Source of the DNA: Octopus sinensis
Lineage: Eukaryota
Assembly (NCBI RefSeq): GCF_006345805.1
Contig: NC_043003.1
Span: 48,794,001 to 48,858,000 of the forward strand
Reading direction: 5' to 3'
Length of the DNA stretch: 64,000 nt
Part shown: positions 1 through 12,880 of the stretch, in pieces
Position numbering within the stretch: position 1 is the stretch's first letter
Layout of the letters: the number at the start of each line of letters is the position of its first letter
Made by a program: the position numbers and the translations under genes
The notes under the pieces: model-generated
Database searches by the model: none
The model's input: the letters and a program-made list of their open reading frames with translations, nothing else
What the model was told of the DNA's origin: nothing

Positions 1-327
1 AGATGAGGGCCATAAACTGTGGAAGCAAATACCTTGCAGTATTTAGATTCATTGTTCTATGTCCTCTCTTCAAATCTCACCAGCATCAGCTATTCATTTC
101 ATCCACTCTTTGCTCAATGAAATAAATACCACACATAAAGTATGGTCACTTCAACTATTACCACTGCCGCCGCCGCCACCACCACCAATGACAACAACAA
201 CAAAAAGTCTGTGTTCTTGTGCCAGTTTATGGGATGAGATTTTGAACTATAGAAGTGAGGAACATGGAGGTGATGGTTGGTTTGTGGTGTAAAGCTAAAA
301 TCTTATGAATCTTATATCTTTTGGTGA

Positions 328-662
328 AGGTGCATGGCTCAGTGGTTAGAGCATCGGGCTCACAATCATGAGGTAGTGAGTTCAATTTCTCAACCGGGCT
401 GTATGTTGTGTTCTTGAGCAAGACACTTTATTTCATGTTGCTCCAGTTCATTCAGCTGTAGAAATGAGATGTGACGTCACAGGTGCCAAGCTGTATCGAC
501 CCCTTTACCTTTCCCTTGGACAACATCAGTGGCATGCAGAGTGAAGGCTGATATGCATGGGTGACTGCTGGTCCTCCATAAACAACCCTACCTGGACTTA
601 TGTCTTGGAGGGGAACTTTCTAGGCTCAATCCCATGGTCATTCATGACCAGAGGGTCTTTAC
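328..662 (+). mobile_element. tRNA-headed SINE, family C
   Basis: A box TGGCTCAGTGG, B box GAGTTCAATT, then a CORE-like motif TGTGTTCTTGAGCAAGACAC. Homologous along its length to 57227-57562. Confidence 0.8.
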
Positions 663-672
663 CCTTTATCCT

Positions 673-888
673 TTTATCTTTTATCTTTTACTTGCTTTAG
701 TCATTAGACTGTGGCTATGTTGGGACACTGCCTTGAGGAATTTTAGTCAAACTCATCAATCCTAGTACTTATTTTCTTTTAAAGCCTGGTACTTATTCTC
801 TCATTCACTTTTGCTGAACCACTAAGTTACAGAGACATAAATACACCAGCACAGGTCGTCAAGCAGTGGTGGAGGACCAACACAGACA

Positions 889-922
<34 letters not shown>

Positions 923-1087
923 CACAATGAGTTCTGTTCAGTTTCCTTCTCCCTAATCCATTCGCAAGGCTTCGTTGGACTGAGGCTATACCAGAAGACA
1001 CTTGCCCAAGGAGACATGCAGTGGAACTGAACCTGGAACCAAGTGGCTGGGAAGCAAACTTCTTACCACCCAGTCACGCCTGCACCT
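673..1087 (-). mobile_element. SINE family A, old diverged copy
   Basis: Reverse complement of the family at 33731-34135, with internal (CA)n. Confidence 0.8.
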
Positions 1088-1780
1088 AGTTGTGTTTTAT
1101 TGTTTTTCTTTTTTCACAGAATGAGCAGAAAGTACGCAAATAGAAATTGTCTGTATCCTGAACTTGGCAATTAGCAACGTACCTGGAGGGGAATCATTCT
1201 AAGCCTTTGCATTGAAATCTTTCAGAAAATGAATAAATAAACAAACAACTATCACCATCACCATCAACATCATCATCATTTTTACATCTACTCTTCCATG
1301 TTGGTGTAGGTTTGTTGGACGGGGTTATTTTGAGGCAGTGTTTTAGAGCTGGGTGCCCTTCCTGGTGTCAACTCCTTTTAGCCGCTTCTTACAACATATA
1401 GGGATAGTGTAGCTACTCTAGAAACTAGGATACATACACATGCCATGCTCATGTATACACACACACACACACACATATACATGCATTTACACACTCACAT
1501 ACATGTACATACGTATAAATATAAATATGTGGAATTTACATCTTTATTGAAGTGATATTAAGTCATCTGGAAAATGACTATAACTAATTACTAGTGTCTA
1601 TCAATAATAACATTGATACGGTTGAACGACATAACAATCATTGTTAACAGCCGTTTCGCTTTTACTTATTTCTGCTCCTTCTTAACAAACAAGCAATTAA
1701 TATTATTAAATTAATTCCTCTATTTGTTTGAGATGTTTGTATATGTGTAATGGAGTATGAATACATATATAAATGTTTAT

Positions 1781-1950
1781 AGGTGAAGGAATGGCTCTAT
1801 GGTAAGTAGCTTGCTTACGAACCACATGGTTCCGGATTTAGTCTCACTGTGTGGCACCTTGGGCAAGTGTCTTCTACTATAGCCTCAGACCAACCAAAGC
1901 CTTATGAGTGGATTTGGTAGATGGAAACTGAAAGAAGCCTGTCGTATATA

Positions 1951-2036
<86 letters not shown>

Positions 2037-2253
2037 TAGTGTGTCTGTGTTTGTACCCCCAACATCACTTAACAACCGATGCTGGTGTGTTTACGCCCCT
2101 GTAACTTAGTGGTTCGGCAAAAGAGACCAATAGAATAAGAACTAGGCTTACAAAGAATAAGTCCTAGGGTCGATTTGCTTGACTAAAGGCGGTGCTCCAG
2201 CATGGCCACAGTCAAATGACTGAAACAAGTAAAAGAGTAAAAGACTAAAAGAG
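1781..2253 (+). mobile_element. SINE family A (tRNA-like head, CORE-like CCTTGGGCAAGTGTC, internal microsatellite, GTAAAAGA tail)
   Basis: Near full-length match to about 20 other copies in the window. Confidence 0.9.
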
Positions 2254-2289
2254 TATATATACATACATACATACATATATATATATATA

Positions 2290-2960
2290 TACTACATATG
2301 TGGAAAATCAGTGTGTGTTTGTTTGTTGTATTGTTAGCTAGGTCTTCCTACATCGTTTTATTGAATTTGATGAAACTTGAAATGTGAGTAAAACTCATGT
2401 CTGGAAAACTCATACTTAGATTGTTGAAAAAATCAATAATACGGCCTCTGGTAGGGACCATTATATCTACCTCATATAACTAATTTTTTAAACACTCAAG
2501 AGAAATAACCCATAGCACCTGTACAATATTTTTTTAACACTCAAGAGAAATAACCCATTTTATTGTTTATGTCCAATTTCCAATTTTTGCTGACAATATC
2601 ACTTTTATACTTCATTTGACACGTGTGTAGAACTCATGTCTGGAAATCTCATGACATACTTAGATTGCTGAAAAATATCGATAATAGGGCCCCTCCAATA
2701 GATCCTTCTATCTACTACATATTACTAATATTTTATTGAAACAACCCTAGGGAAATAACCGATACCACCTGCAGTTTTTAGCGAAGCAATCAATATTTGA
2801 TTCTCACGATCAGCCGACCTAATTCTGCATTTCACTACTTACAGTTTTGAACTGCTAAACATTATTATTGCACTTCCTTAATTTGAATCTTAAACATTAA
2901 AGGCTTCATTCATACTTTTCTATACATACATACTTTTTAAATGGCCATTACTCCGATAAT
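2290..2960 (+). mobile_element. Degenerate non-autonomous element with internal duplication, possibly Helitron-like
   Basis: Block aactcatgtctggaaa...catacttagattg...aaataacc repeated at about 2390-2520 and 2630-2770. Class assignment is a guess. Confidence 0.35.
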
Positions 2961-3271
2961 TCTTCATTTTTACTGTTACACTTTTTCCATTACAGTAGAT
3001 AAATTTTTTATTCCACAACATATTTGTTGTGGCTTCATGCAGGTATAGTGTGGATTCAATCCTCAATTACCAAATTTTACAGTGCTTTTCACATTTTCAT
3101 TGTTCAAACTGTTTACAGCAGTGCACAGTACCTATCCACGGTATTAGTTTACAGCTGAGCAGACTGAGACTCTTAAAATTTAAATGCCTTAGCACAAAAT
3201 ATCAAGGGCTATCAGAGCTACCACAAAGAAATTGTAATTATTATTCTGTCTTAATATTATTATTGTTATAA

Positions 3272-5678
3272 TGCGGTGAACTGGTAGAATTATTATCTTC
3301 TGGGAAAAATGCTTGGAGGCATTTCTTCCTACTTAATGTTCTGAGTTCAAATGCCACCAGGGTTGACTTGGCCTTTCATCCTTTCAGAATCGATAAAATA
3401 AGTACCAGTTGAACATTGGTGTCATTGAAAATTGATTTATCCCTCCCTGAAGTTGCTGGCCTTGTGCCAAAATTTGAAACGAATATTATTATTGTTATAA
3501 GGTGGCCAGCCAGCAGAATCATTAGCAAGCCAGGCAAAATGCTTAGTGGTATTTCATCTGTTTTTACATTCTGAGTGCAAATTCTGCCATGGTTAACATT
3601 GCCTTTCACCCTATTAGGGTTGACAGTATAAGTATCAGTTCAGCACTGGGTTCTTGCAATCAACTTACCCCTCCCCAAAATTTACTGCCCTCATGCCAAA
3701 ATTTGAAACCATTAGCATGCTGGGCAAGTACATTGCAACATTTTGTCCGTCTTTACATTGAGTTCAAATTCCGCCATGGTTGGCTTTGCTTTTTGTAATT
3801 TTGAGAGTCAATAAAATAAATATCATTTGAGCACTGGGGTTGATGTAATTGATGCACCCACTTCCTTCAAAATTTGAAACCAGTATTATTATTGTTATCA
3901 AGGCTGGCAGAAACGTTAGCACACCAGGTGAAATGCTTAGCAGTATTTTGTCTGCTTTTACATTCTAAGTTCAAATTCCACCAAGGTCAACTTTGCCTTT
4001 CATCCTTTCGGGGTCAATAAATTAAGTACTAGTCAAGTACTAGGGTCGATTTAATCAACTGGCCCCCTTCCCGAAAATTTCAGGCCTTGTGCCTTGAGTA
4101 GAAAAAAATATTATCATTGTTATTGCTGAAATTATGGTGGCAAGCTGTCAGCATCATTCGCATATTAAACAAGATGTTTAGCAGCATTTCTTCTCGTTCC
4201 TTATCTTTTTAGTTCAAATGCTGCTGAGATCAACTTTGCCTTTTGAGATTTATAAAAATAATATGTACCAGTTGAATACTGGGGTTGATGTAACCAACTA
4301 AATCCCACCCTCTAAAATTGCTCACCTTATACCAAAATTTAAAGCCATAAGACAGTGAACAGGCAGAATAATTACCATGCCAAACAAAATTCTTAGTAGC
4401 ATTCCTTTTGTCTCTGGCACTTGTGCCAGTGGAACGTGAAAAAAGACATTCAAGTGAGATCGTTGCCAGTGCCACTGGACTGGCTCCTGTGCAGGTGGCA
4501 TGTAAAAAACACCATTTGAGCGTGGCTGTTGCCAGTACTGCCTGACTGGCCCTTATGCTGGTGGCACGTAAAAGCATCCACTACACTCTCGGAGTGGTTG
4601 GCGTTAGGAAGGGCATCCAGCTGTAGAAACTCTGCCAGATCAAGATTGGAGCCTGGTGCAGCCATCTGGTTTGCCAGTCCTCAGTCAAATCGTCCAATCC
4701 ATGCTAGCATGAAATGCAGATGTTAAACGATGATGATGATGATGATGATTTTCTGAGCTCAAATGCCACTGAGGTCAACTTTGCCTTTTATTCTCTTGGA
4801 GGTCAATAAAATAATAAGTACTAGTTGAACACTGGAGTCAATTTAATCAACTTTTCTCTCCACACTAACAAAAGTTTCTACCTTTGTACTAAAATTAGAA
4901 AAAAAAATGTTATTACTGGAGTAATATAAAAACTGTATGAAGGCAGTGAGCTGGCAGAAATGTTAGCATGCCGGGTGGAATGCTTTGTGGTATTTCATCC
5001 GCCGCTGCGTGCTGAGTTCAAATTCCGCCGAGGTCGACTTTGCTTTTTATCCTTACGGGGTCGATAAATTAAGTACCAGTTACACACTGGGTCGATGTAA
5101 TCGACTTAATCGTTTGTCTGTCCTTGTTTGTCCCCTCTATGTTTAGCCCTTTGTGGGCAATAAAGAAATAAGAAATGTTAGCATGCTGCTGAAGTTATCC
5201 AGACCTGATGCAAAAAGAATAAAAAAGAAAAAAATAAGGCGGTGAGCTGGCAGAAACATTAGCATGCCGGGCGAAATGTTTAGCGGTATTTCGTCTGCTG
5301 CTACGTTCTGAGTTCAAATTCCGCCGAGGTCAACTTTGCCTTTCATCCTTTTGGGGTCGATTAAATAAGCAAGCACCAGTTACACACTGAGGTCGATATA
5401 ATCGACTTAATCCATTTGTCTGTCCTTGTTTTTCTCCTCTGTGTGTAGCCCTTTGTGGGCGATAAAGAAATAAGAAATGTTAGCATGTCGGGTGAAATGC
5501 TTAGCAGTATTCCGTCTGTCTTTATGTTCTGAGTTCAAACTCCACCGAGGTCGACTTTGCCTTTCATCCTTTCAGGGTTAATAAATTAAGTACAAGTTGT
5601 GTATTTGGGTCGATCTGATTGGCTGCCCCACCCCCCACCTTCCCCAAAATTTCAGGCCTTGTGCCTAGAGTAGAAAAG
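3272..5678 (+). mobile_element. Head-to-tail cluster of about 9-10 SINE family B copies
   Basis: Repeated GGTGAGCTGGCAGAA...TTCTGAGTTCAAAT...GGTCGACTTTGCCTTTCATCCTTT...AAGTACCAG. Starts at about 3272, 3500, 3710, 3903, 4135, 4750 (partial), 4940, 5237, 5474. Confidence 0.85.
4410..4749 (+). mobile_element. RTE-type non-autonomous retroelement with (GAT)n tail
   Basis: GGTTGGCGTTAGGAAGGGCATCCAGCTGTAGAAAC...CATGCTAGCATG...(GAT)n. Same family at 14322, 23320 and 24864. Confidence 0.75.
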
Positions 5679-5851
5679 AAAAGAATGTAAAAACTGTATG
5701 ATGATATAAAAATCCCAGTCTCATCAAAATGTACTGTGCTGATTTTACCTGAAAATTACATAAAGAGTGCTTACAGTACAGGTGTCTTCAGAGTACTTGG
5801 TAACATCATAATTCAATGAAGAGATAGTTCTGCTTAATGAACAAGAACACT

Positions 5852-6014
5852 TAGGACTGGATTTAAGAACTTGTAGCCATCCCCGACACCTACAAATACT
5901 GTCGGGATCCTATTTATATTTTCCATTGCTTTTCACTTAATCTCTAGAGGTCTTCAGTTGGTGGAGGACCCTGGGGAGGGTAATCCCTAAAGCTCATGTC
6001 TAAATCTGGCACTG
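5852..6014. mobile_element. hAT-type MITE
   Basis: Imperfect TIRs TAGGACTGGATTTA / TAAATCTGGCACTG. 8-bp TSD agaacact / agaacatt. Confidence 0.7.
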
Positions 6015-6050
6015 AGAACATTCAAACATCCAAAATACTGCAACAGTTTA

Positions 6051-6051
<1 letters not shown>

Positions 6052-6135
<84 letters not shown>

Positions 6136-6143
6136 AACACACA
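6052..6143. repeat. (CA)n microsatellite
   Basis: Read directly from the sequence. Confidence 0.95.
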
Positions 6144-6411
6144 CTGAAAGCGAAGCCCTGTTGCAATTCATATTATAATTCTAGATTTCATTAGCTGATT
6201 GAAATGTAATTTGAAATAAAAATTACAAAATTCAGTGGTATTTAAAATTTTACTACACCCTGTATATATATCATCATCATCATTGTCATCATTGTTTAAC
6301 GTCCATTGTCCAATTTTTTGCTCTCCTTCATGACAGAATGAAACTTCTTGCACTTCTTGTGATTTTCAATGAAATTTATTATTATCATTTTTATTGTTGT
6401 TGTTGTTGTTG

Positions 6412-6457
<46 letters not shown>

Positions 6458-6458
6458 G

Positions 6459-6652
6459 TTGGTGAGCTGTCAGAAACGTTAGCATGCTGGGCAAAATACT
6501 TAGTGGAATTTCAACTCAAATTCCAACGAGGTCAACTTTGCCTTTCATCCTTTTGGGGTCAATAAATTAAGTACCAGTTGCATACTGGAGTCGATCTAAT
6601 CAACTGGCCTCTCTCCTCCAAAATTCCAGGCCTTGTGCCTAGAGTAGAAAAG
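6459..6652 (+). mobile_element. SINE family B, flanked by (ATT)n
   Basis: Family B motifs, with (TTA)n at about 6417-6455 and 6653-6796. Confidence 0.85.
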
Positions 6653-6660
6653 ATTATTAC

Positions 6661-6774
<114 letters not shown>

Positions 6775-6796
6775 GTTATTATTATTATTATTATTA

Positions 6797-6831
<35 letters not shown>

Positions 6832-7306
6832 GGTCACATTGACCATTAAAACTAACAAATAAAACAACAAGAGGACATACTCAAGCTTCTTACTACCCTG
6901 TCACACTGGCACCTATACTATTTTCCTTTTTTATTGTTTTTATTTTAATTGTTCTTTGTTTTTTTATGGGTGCAGTCAAACATGAAAGATAATGGTGAAA
7001 GCACCATCCTGAATGTCCTTGAAGTAGCATGTGGAAATCTACTAGTCATTATAACTTGTAGTGGGTTAATAATAATTGTTCAACACTCAAGTGTTTTGTT
7101 TATGTCTTTTTTAGCCTTAAGAAAGGTCACTTCAACCTTCTAAGGATATTTGAACCATGTTGTATATGTATGATTGTTAAGCCAAGTATGAGTAAAAAAT
7201 GTGGTATGTGGAAGTGCTTGCTGTTCATAAATAGAATTTCATGTGGAGATTTTTTTTTTGTTTACTAACTGTGAGGTGTTAATAAAGATAACAGTTAATA
7301 AGAGAC

Positions 7307-8194
7307 CAGAGCTGGATTAACCATTAACCAAAATAAACATGTGCTTGGGGCTTCAAGGGAATGAGCAACACCACAGAAATGCTAAATGGTTTATGACACA
7401 AAAGAAATCACTTTAAACTTGCTAAAATAATACTGACTGTAGTTTATATGTGTTCATGGTGTCATAGTTTGGAACTGATCAAAGACTTCAATTCAAAAAA
7501 GTAGGAGGAAACTTTTCAGAAGTAGCTGTGTGGTACGTAGCTTGCTTACCAACTACATGGTTCCAGGTTCAGTCCCACTGCGTGGCATCTTGGCCAAGTG
7601 TCTTCTACTATAGCCTAGGGCCAACCAAAGCCTTGTGAGTGGATTTGGTAGATGGAAACTGAAAGAAGGCCACCGTATATATATATATATAATACAATTG
7701 TTTGTTTGTTTTCCACCTGCCTTCGTCTTTTGTCTATTTTCATAAAGCTTCCCGTTATATATATATATGTATGTATGTGTGTGTATATGTTTGTGCATCT
7801 GTGTTTGTCCTCCCAACATTGTTTGACAACCAATGCTGATGTGTTTACGTCCCCGTAACTTAGCGGTTCAGCAAAAGAGACTGATAGAATAAGTACTATA
7901 CTAGGCTTATAAAGCATAAGCCCTGGGGTTGATTTGCTCGACTGAAAGTGGTGCTCCAGCATGGCCACAGTCAAATAGCTGAAACAAGTAAAAGAGTAAA
8001 AGAGTAAAGAGAGTGGAAGTATACAAAATTAAACATTAATTTCCACTTTGCTGTTAGTTTTGTTTCAATTTGGAAAAATAAAAGTTTATTTTATGGTTTA
8101 TTATTGTTTATACTTTGAATTACATATGTATATATATGGGAGCACTAAAATTTTTTAGGTGCATAAACCCTCCACAGGTCTTAATCTAGCCTTA
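7307..8194. mobile_element. hAT-type non-autonomous element carrying a nested SINE A
   Basis: TIRs CAGAGCTGGATTAA / TTAATCTAGCCTTA. Perfect 8-bp TSD TAAGAGAC (7299-7306, 8195-8202). Confidence 0.8.
7522..8010 (+). mobile_element. SINE family A, nested
   Basis: Family A motifs, with a short foreign insert (7692-7756) in its (TA)n. Confidence 0.85.
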
Positions 8195-8711
8195 TAAGAG
8201 ACTGATTACATCTAAACGATGCTTCTCTTTCATTCAACTTTGGTGAATGTAGCTTTGACCAAGAGAAATTGATGTCATCAGACACTGTCCAACAATCTCT
8301 GGGTGTTTTGACCCTGAACTATAACATCCTCCCAGTGGCAAGTCAGCATTGGTGGCCAAATCACTGCTCATCATCTCCTCCTGACTTCCATCTACTGTCA
8401 TACAGTGGGACTGAACCCAGAACCATTTAGTTGTTAAGCAAGTTACTTACCACACAGCCACTACTACATTAATGATCCACGTATACATGAGCATGAGCAG
8501 AAAATTAGAAAAAAGTTCTTCACCTAAAAATGACAAGCTGACAGTCACCTGAGACTCAAGCTGTGAAACTTTTAGTTTAAACAAATAAATTTTCTACAAC
8601 AGAAAAAAGCATACTCAATACCCCTTCCCCCTCACACACATGTTCACCTAAAAATCTATTAATCAGAGAAAGCAGGCACTTGTATATCTGTCAACAGATT
8701 GGGTTCATTAA

Positions 8712-8933
8712 CCCTTTAGCATTCAGATTATTCTATCAAATGTAATGCTTATTTATTCAAATGTTTTGTTTTAATCCTTCATTTTCTCATAGCTTTGAAA
8801 TTTTAAAGATGTCGTTGTCTATTTTCAAAATGACATTGTAGTATAGGTGTGAGAGGCCAGATATGACTGGTGGTTTTATCATAAAAAAGAAAGAATATTT
8901 GGGCCTGATATGGCCAGTTTAAATGCTAAAGGG
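8712..8933. mobile_element. piggyBac-type MITE
   Basis: TTAA|CCCTTTAGCATT...AATGCTAAAGGG|TTAA. Confidence 0.85.
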
Positions 8934-9090
8934 TTAACATATACAATATTACAGATCCGTTACAGCCAATCTTACCTATCAGTTTTGTATCAAATGCTAG
9001 ATAAGTTGATTGTAATCTAATCTCAAGTTATATAACTGACTAGATGCCTACTATCCAGTGGAAAACCAATTGGTATGACAAGCTGTAATA

Positions 9091-9400
9091 TGCCCATGGG
9101 CATATGGAGTAGTGGTTAAGAGCACGGGTTACTAACCCCAAGATTCCGAGTTTGATTCCAAGCAGTGACCTGAACACTAAAAAAAAAATAATAATAATAA
9201 TAATAATAATAACATCAAAAAAATACCTTAGGAATGGGAACCCAGGATCGAAATTTCCCCAAGACACCTGATGAAGGCTGGAGGGTATATCAGCCGAAAC
9301 GTTGTGTTAACAACAAACAAGATGAGGACAAATATCCGTCGAATATAAATAATGTAAATAATGTACATAATTCCTCATCTCTTAAATATAGAACTGTATT
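9091..9400 (+). mobile_element. tRNA-headed SINE-like element containing a hammerhead ribozyme
   Basis: A box TGGAGTAGTGG (9105-9115), B box GTTTGATTCC (9150-9159), (AAT)n linker, HHR at 9263-9308. An 11-bp direct repeat AAGCTGTAATA flanks it (9080-9090, 9401-9411). Confidence 0.75.
9263..9308 (+). ncRNA. Minimal type I hammerhead ribozyme (Penelope-like retroelement type)
   Basis: Stem I GACAC/GTGTT, core CTGATGA, stem II GGCTG/CAGCC, GAAA, palindromic helix III ACGT, triplet GTT (cut 3' of 9303). Confidence 0.8.
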
Positions 9401-10115
9401 AAGCTGTAATAGGTTTATAGTACTTTGATTAATATATATGCTAATGGTCTGGTAATAGTCCGTAGCAAGTGTGGGGTGTAGGTGTATGTATGTCTATACA
9501 TGTGTTCATGTCAACATGTATATACTTATCTTTCTTCAGCTTATCTTTTAATTCTTATATTTTGTAATTTATTAATTTTTTTTATTTTTTATTACTTTAC
9601 TCTGTCATGTATTCACTGTGAACCGTAGCCAGACCTATTAACTGGAAATTGTATCCATCCTCTATCATTACAGCCAACAACCTAATTGCGACTACAACAT
9701 GCCAAGCAAAACTGAGTATATTTAACGAAGTATCTTATTTAAAACAAGACACTCAATGAAATGCATTCTGCCCTGGAGGATACAACACAACCAGTTGTAC
9801 AGTATCCTACCCACAAGGGACAGATGCAGAATGGGTTGAAACAATCATTGTGTTGAATAAAGATTCTTGCAAACTCTATTTTCTGTCACTCTCAATCATT
9901 ATAAGCTCAACGAACACTGCAGAATTCCTGAGATAGATCCAGTGACTCTTATATCAGAAATGTGGATGACATTAGGTTGCCTAATAAGTGAAAATGCTTT
10001 AATCAGCCTACTACTAACTGTATACCCAAGGCCCAAATAATTACTCATATATATGTATATGAATATGCAGATAATTGTTCAAATTATGCTACATATTTGC
10101 TTATTAATATATATA

Positions 10116-10667
10116 CAGGGTGAACCAAAATGATCTGACACATTTGGAGGCTTAATAAAAGCAAAAAATAAGAAATAATGAAAAGAAAAATTTTATTTTC
10201 TGAATGTACATATAATGCCATTTTATTTCATTAATTTTTTAAAATCAAATCAGATACATGCTTTCCATCATTGTCAACACGTTGGAGATATTCATGAAAG
10301 TTATCGATAACTCGATGGATTATTTCTTCTGGAATGGTTGCTATTTCTACACAAATTACACGTTTTAATTCATCAATAGATCGAGGGCGATGATTGAAGA
10401 CTTTTGATTTTAAATATCCCCACAAGAAGAAATCACATTTCACCATTCCAGAAGAGATGATCCATAGAGTTATCGATAACTTTCATGAACGTCTCCAACA
10501 GTGTGTTGACAATGATGGGAAGCATTTAGCTGACTTAATTTTTAAAACTTAATGAAATAAAATGACATTATATGTACATTCAGAAAATAAAACTTTTCTT
10601 TTCATTATTTCTTATTTTGTGCTTTTATTAAGCCTCCAAATGTGTCAGTTCATTTTGGTCCACCCTG
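10116..10667. mobile_element. Palindromic Tc1/mariner-superfamily derivative made of two inverted transposase 3' ends
   Basis: TA|CAGGGTG...CACCCTG|TA. Arms 10116-10338 and 10442-10667. Minus ORF CDFFLWGYLKSKVF...DNFHEYLQ is a DDD transposase C-terminus. Confidence 0.85.
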
Positions 10668-10671
10668 TATA

Positions 10672-10714
<43 letters not shown>

Positions 10715-10796
10715 CGCGTGTGTGTGTATAACCCCTTATCAAACCATTTCATCCTACACCTTTGCACAACTGATAAACATACACATACACACACAC

Positions 10797-11022
10797 ACAC
10801 AACACACACACACAGACACACACATACACACACACACATCGCTTGACAACTGATGCTGGTGTGTTTACATCCCTGTAACTTAGTGGTTCAGCAAAAGAGA
10901 CTGATAGAATAAGTACTAGGCTTACAAAGAATAAGTCCTGGGGTCGATTTTTCTCAACTAAAGGCGGTGCTCTAGCATGGTCACAGTCAAATGACTGAAA
11001 CAAGTAAAAAAAAAGTAAAAAA
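10797..11022 (+). mobile_element. SINE family A, 3' half
   Basis: Family A 3' motifs. Confidence 0.85.
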
Positions 11023-12097
11023 AAGAGAGAGAGTATGTATGCATATACGCTATATACACACAGACATCAGATTTGTTAACCACCGATGCTCCTGAATTCG
11101 TGCTTTAATATGTTTATTTTTTATCCATTAGGCTTCCAAAATCACCAGCCTCACACACTTGGTGGACTTGCCTGTTTAATTATCAATGACCCAACAATGC
11201 ATACCTCATAATAGCTTACGTAGTTACGAATAGCAGGCCTCCAGTTACCAGGCATCTGTTTCTCCACACACACTCACACATGCGAGTACACACACACATG
11301 CAAACACATACAAATTAGTCAATCAAATTTTAATGTAGCTGGATTTTCACATTTTATTTTTTATTTTTGTATTTGTACAAATACTTAGATGCGTTTTATC
11401 AACCTTCTGGTAAATATTTACTTAGCAACAATAGCTATATCTGGGTGGATATTTACAGAAATTATAACTGTAGCAATAGCTTAATGGCATTGCTATGTTG
11501 TTAATTACTAGGTGGGAAATAATCTATAAAATGTTTTCAGTATTACAGCAGTTTTTAGGTGAATATCATTTTTAAATCAACTTAAATTTAGATTAATATT
11601 ATTATCCATTCAGAACTGATTTGGTTTTCTCAATAAAATTCTTCTTTGTGCCATTCTTTTAACTTCACTTGAATAAAAGTTTATAGAAATGAAATATCAA
11701 AACTGTTCATTGCAATATGTTTCCAAATGACTACTTGATGGGATCTGTCTGACATTAGGATTCCTAATTTGCTGCTCATGTACTTATATATGTTCTGATA
11801 ATATAGCTATATGCATGTGTGAGTATATTTGTGTTTCTATGCTTTAATATCATGCAATAGTTTTAAATGTGTATCATTGTCATACAAGCCATGGTGTTAA
11901 TTACCAATATGCTGTAACAACATGTCTGGTTATGGGAAAATATTAATTTACTTGGGAAACAGGTGAGGGTTGGTGACAGGAAAGAAATCCAACCACAGAA
12001 AACTTGCCTCAATATTTTCCATTTGGCCTGTGAAAACCTGGAAAAGTGTATGTTAAATCAATGATGATGATAACCACGCTGACGATGTTGATGATGT

Positions 12098-12252
12098 GTT
12101 CTGGGTCACTGTCTTGAAGAGTTTAATTAATTAAGTCAACCCCTGCATTTATCATTTAAACCTGGTACTTATTCTATTGGATTCTTTTTGTCAAACTGCT
12201 AAGTTACAGGTATGTAAATATATCAACACTGGTTGAGAGATAAACTCAAGCC

Positions 12253-12296
<44 letters not shown>

Positions 12297-12526
12297 TACA
12301 TGCATGCATGCACACATACACGCACATGCACACACACACAACACACACATGTATAGACATGCAACATGCTTCTTTCAGTTTCCATCCATTAAATCCACTC
12401 ACAGGGCTTTGACTTGGTCTGGGGCTTTAGTGGAAGACACTTAGCTAGGGTGGCATGTAGTAAGACTGAGCCCGGAACCATGTGGTTGGGAAGCAAACTT
12501 CTTACCACTCAGCCATGCCTGTGCCT
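12098..12526 (-). mobile_element. SINE family A, old copy
   Basis: Diverged reverse complement of family A. Confidence 0.75.
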
Positions 12527-12699
12527 TAGTTATTTTTCCTTCATCTGTAGATACATTACCATCATCATTTGCCACCACCACCATCATCATCATCATTTAC
12601 CATCCACTTTTCTATACTTGCATCAGGCAGATAAAATTTGATGACGGCGTTGACAGATGAAAATCAGAACCACACATAAAAAAAAAAAATTATTGTTTG

Positions 12700-12880
12700 C
12701 TACTGGAACTCTGAACAATGGTTCCAGTTCATCCAATCAACAGAACAGCCTGCTTGTGAAATTAATGTGCAAGTGGCTGAGCACTCCACAGACACTCGTA
12801 CCTTTAACATAGCTTTCAGGGAGATTCTGCATGATACAGAATGTGGCAAGGCTGGCCCTTTGAATTACTGGTACTGCACA
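12700..12880 (-). mobile_element. SINE 3' fragment, same family as 39372-39650
   Basis: ggttccagttcatccaatcaacagaacag...tgcaagtggctg is the reverse complement of part of 39560-39625. Confidence 0.6.

Noticed and set aside
1120-1225. Plus-strand acceptor-like sites (also 6976, 11131, 18852) and a possible 36-nt minus exon
   Set aside because: Short frames, no recognisable peptide and no consistent exon chain; such tracts are common in AT-rich DNA.
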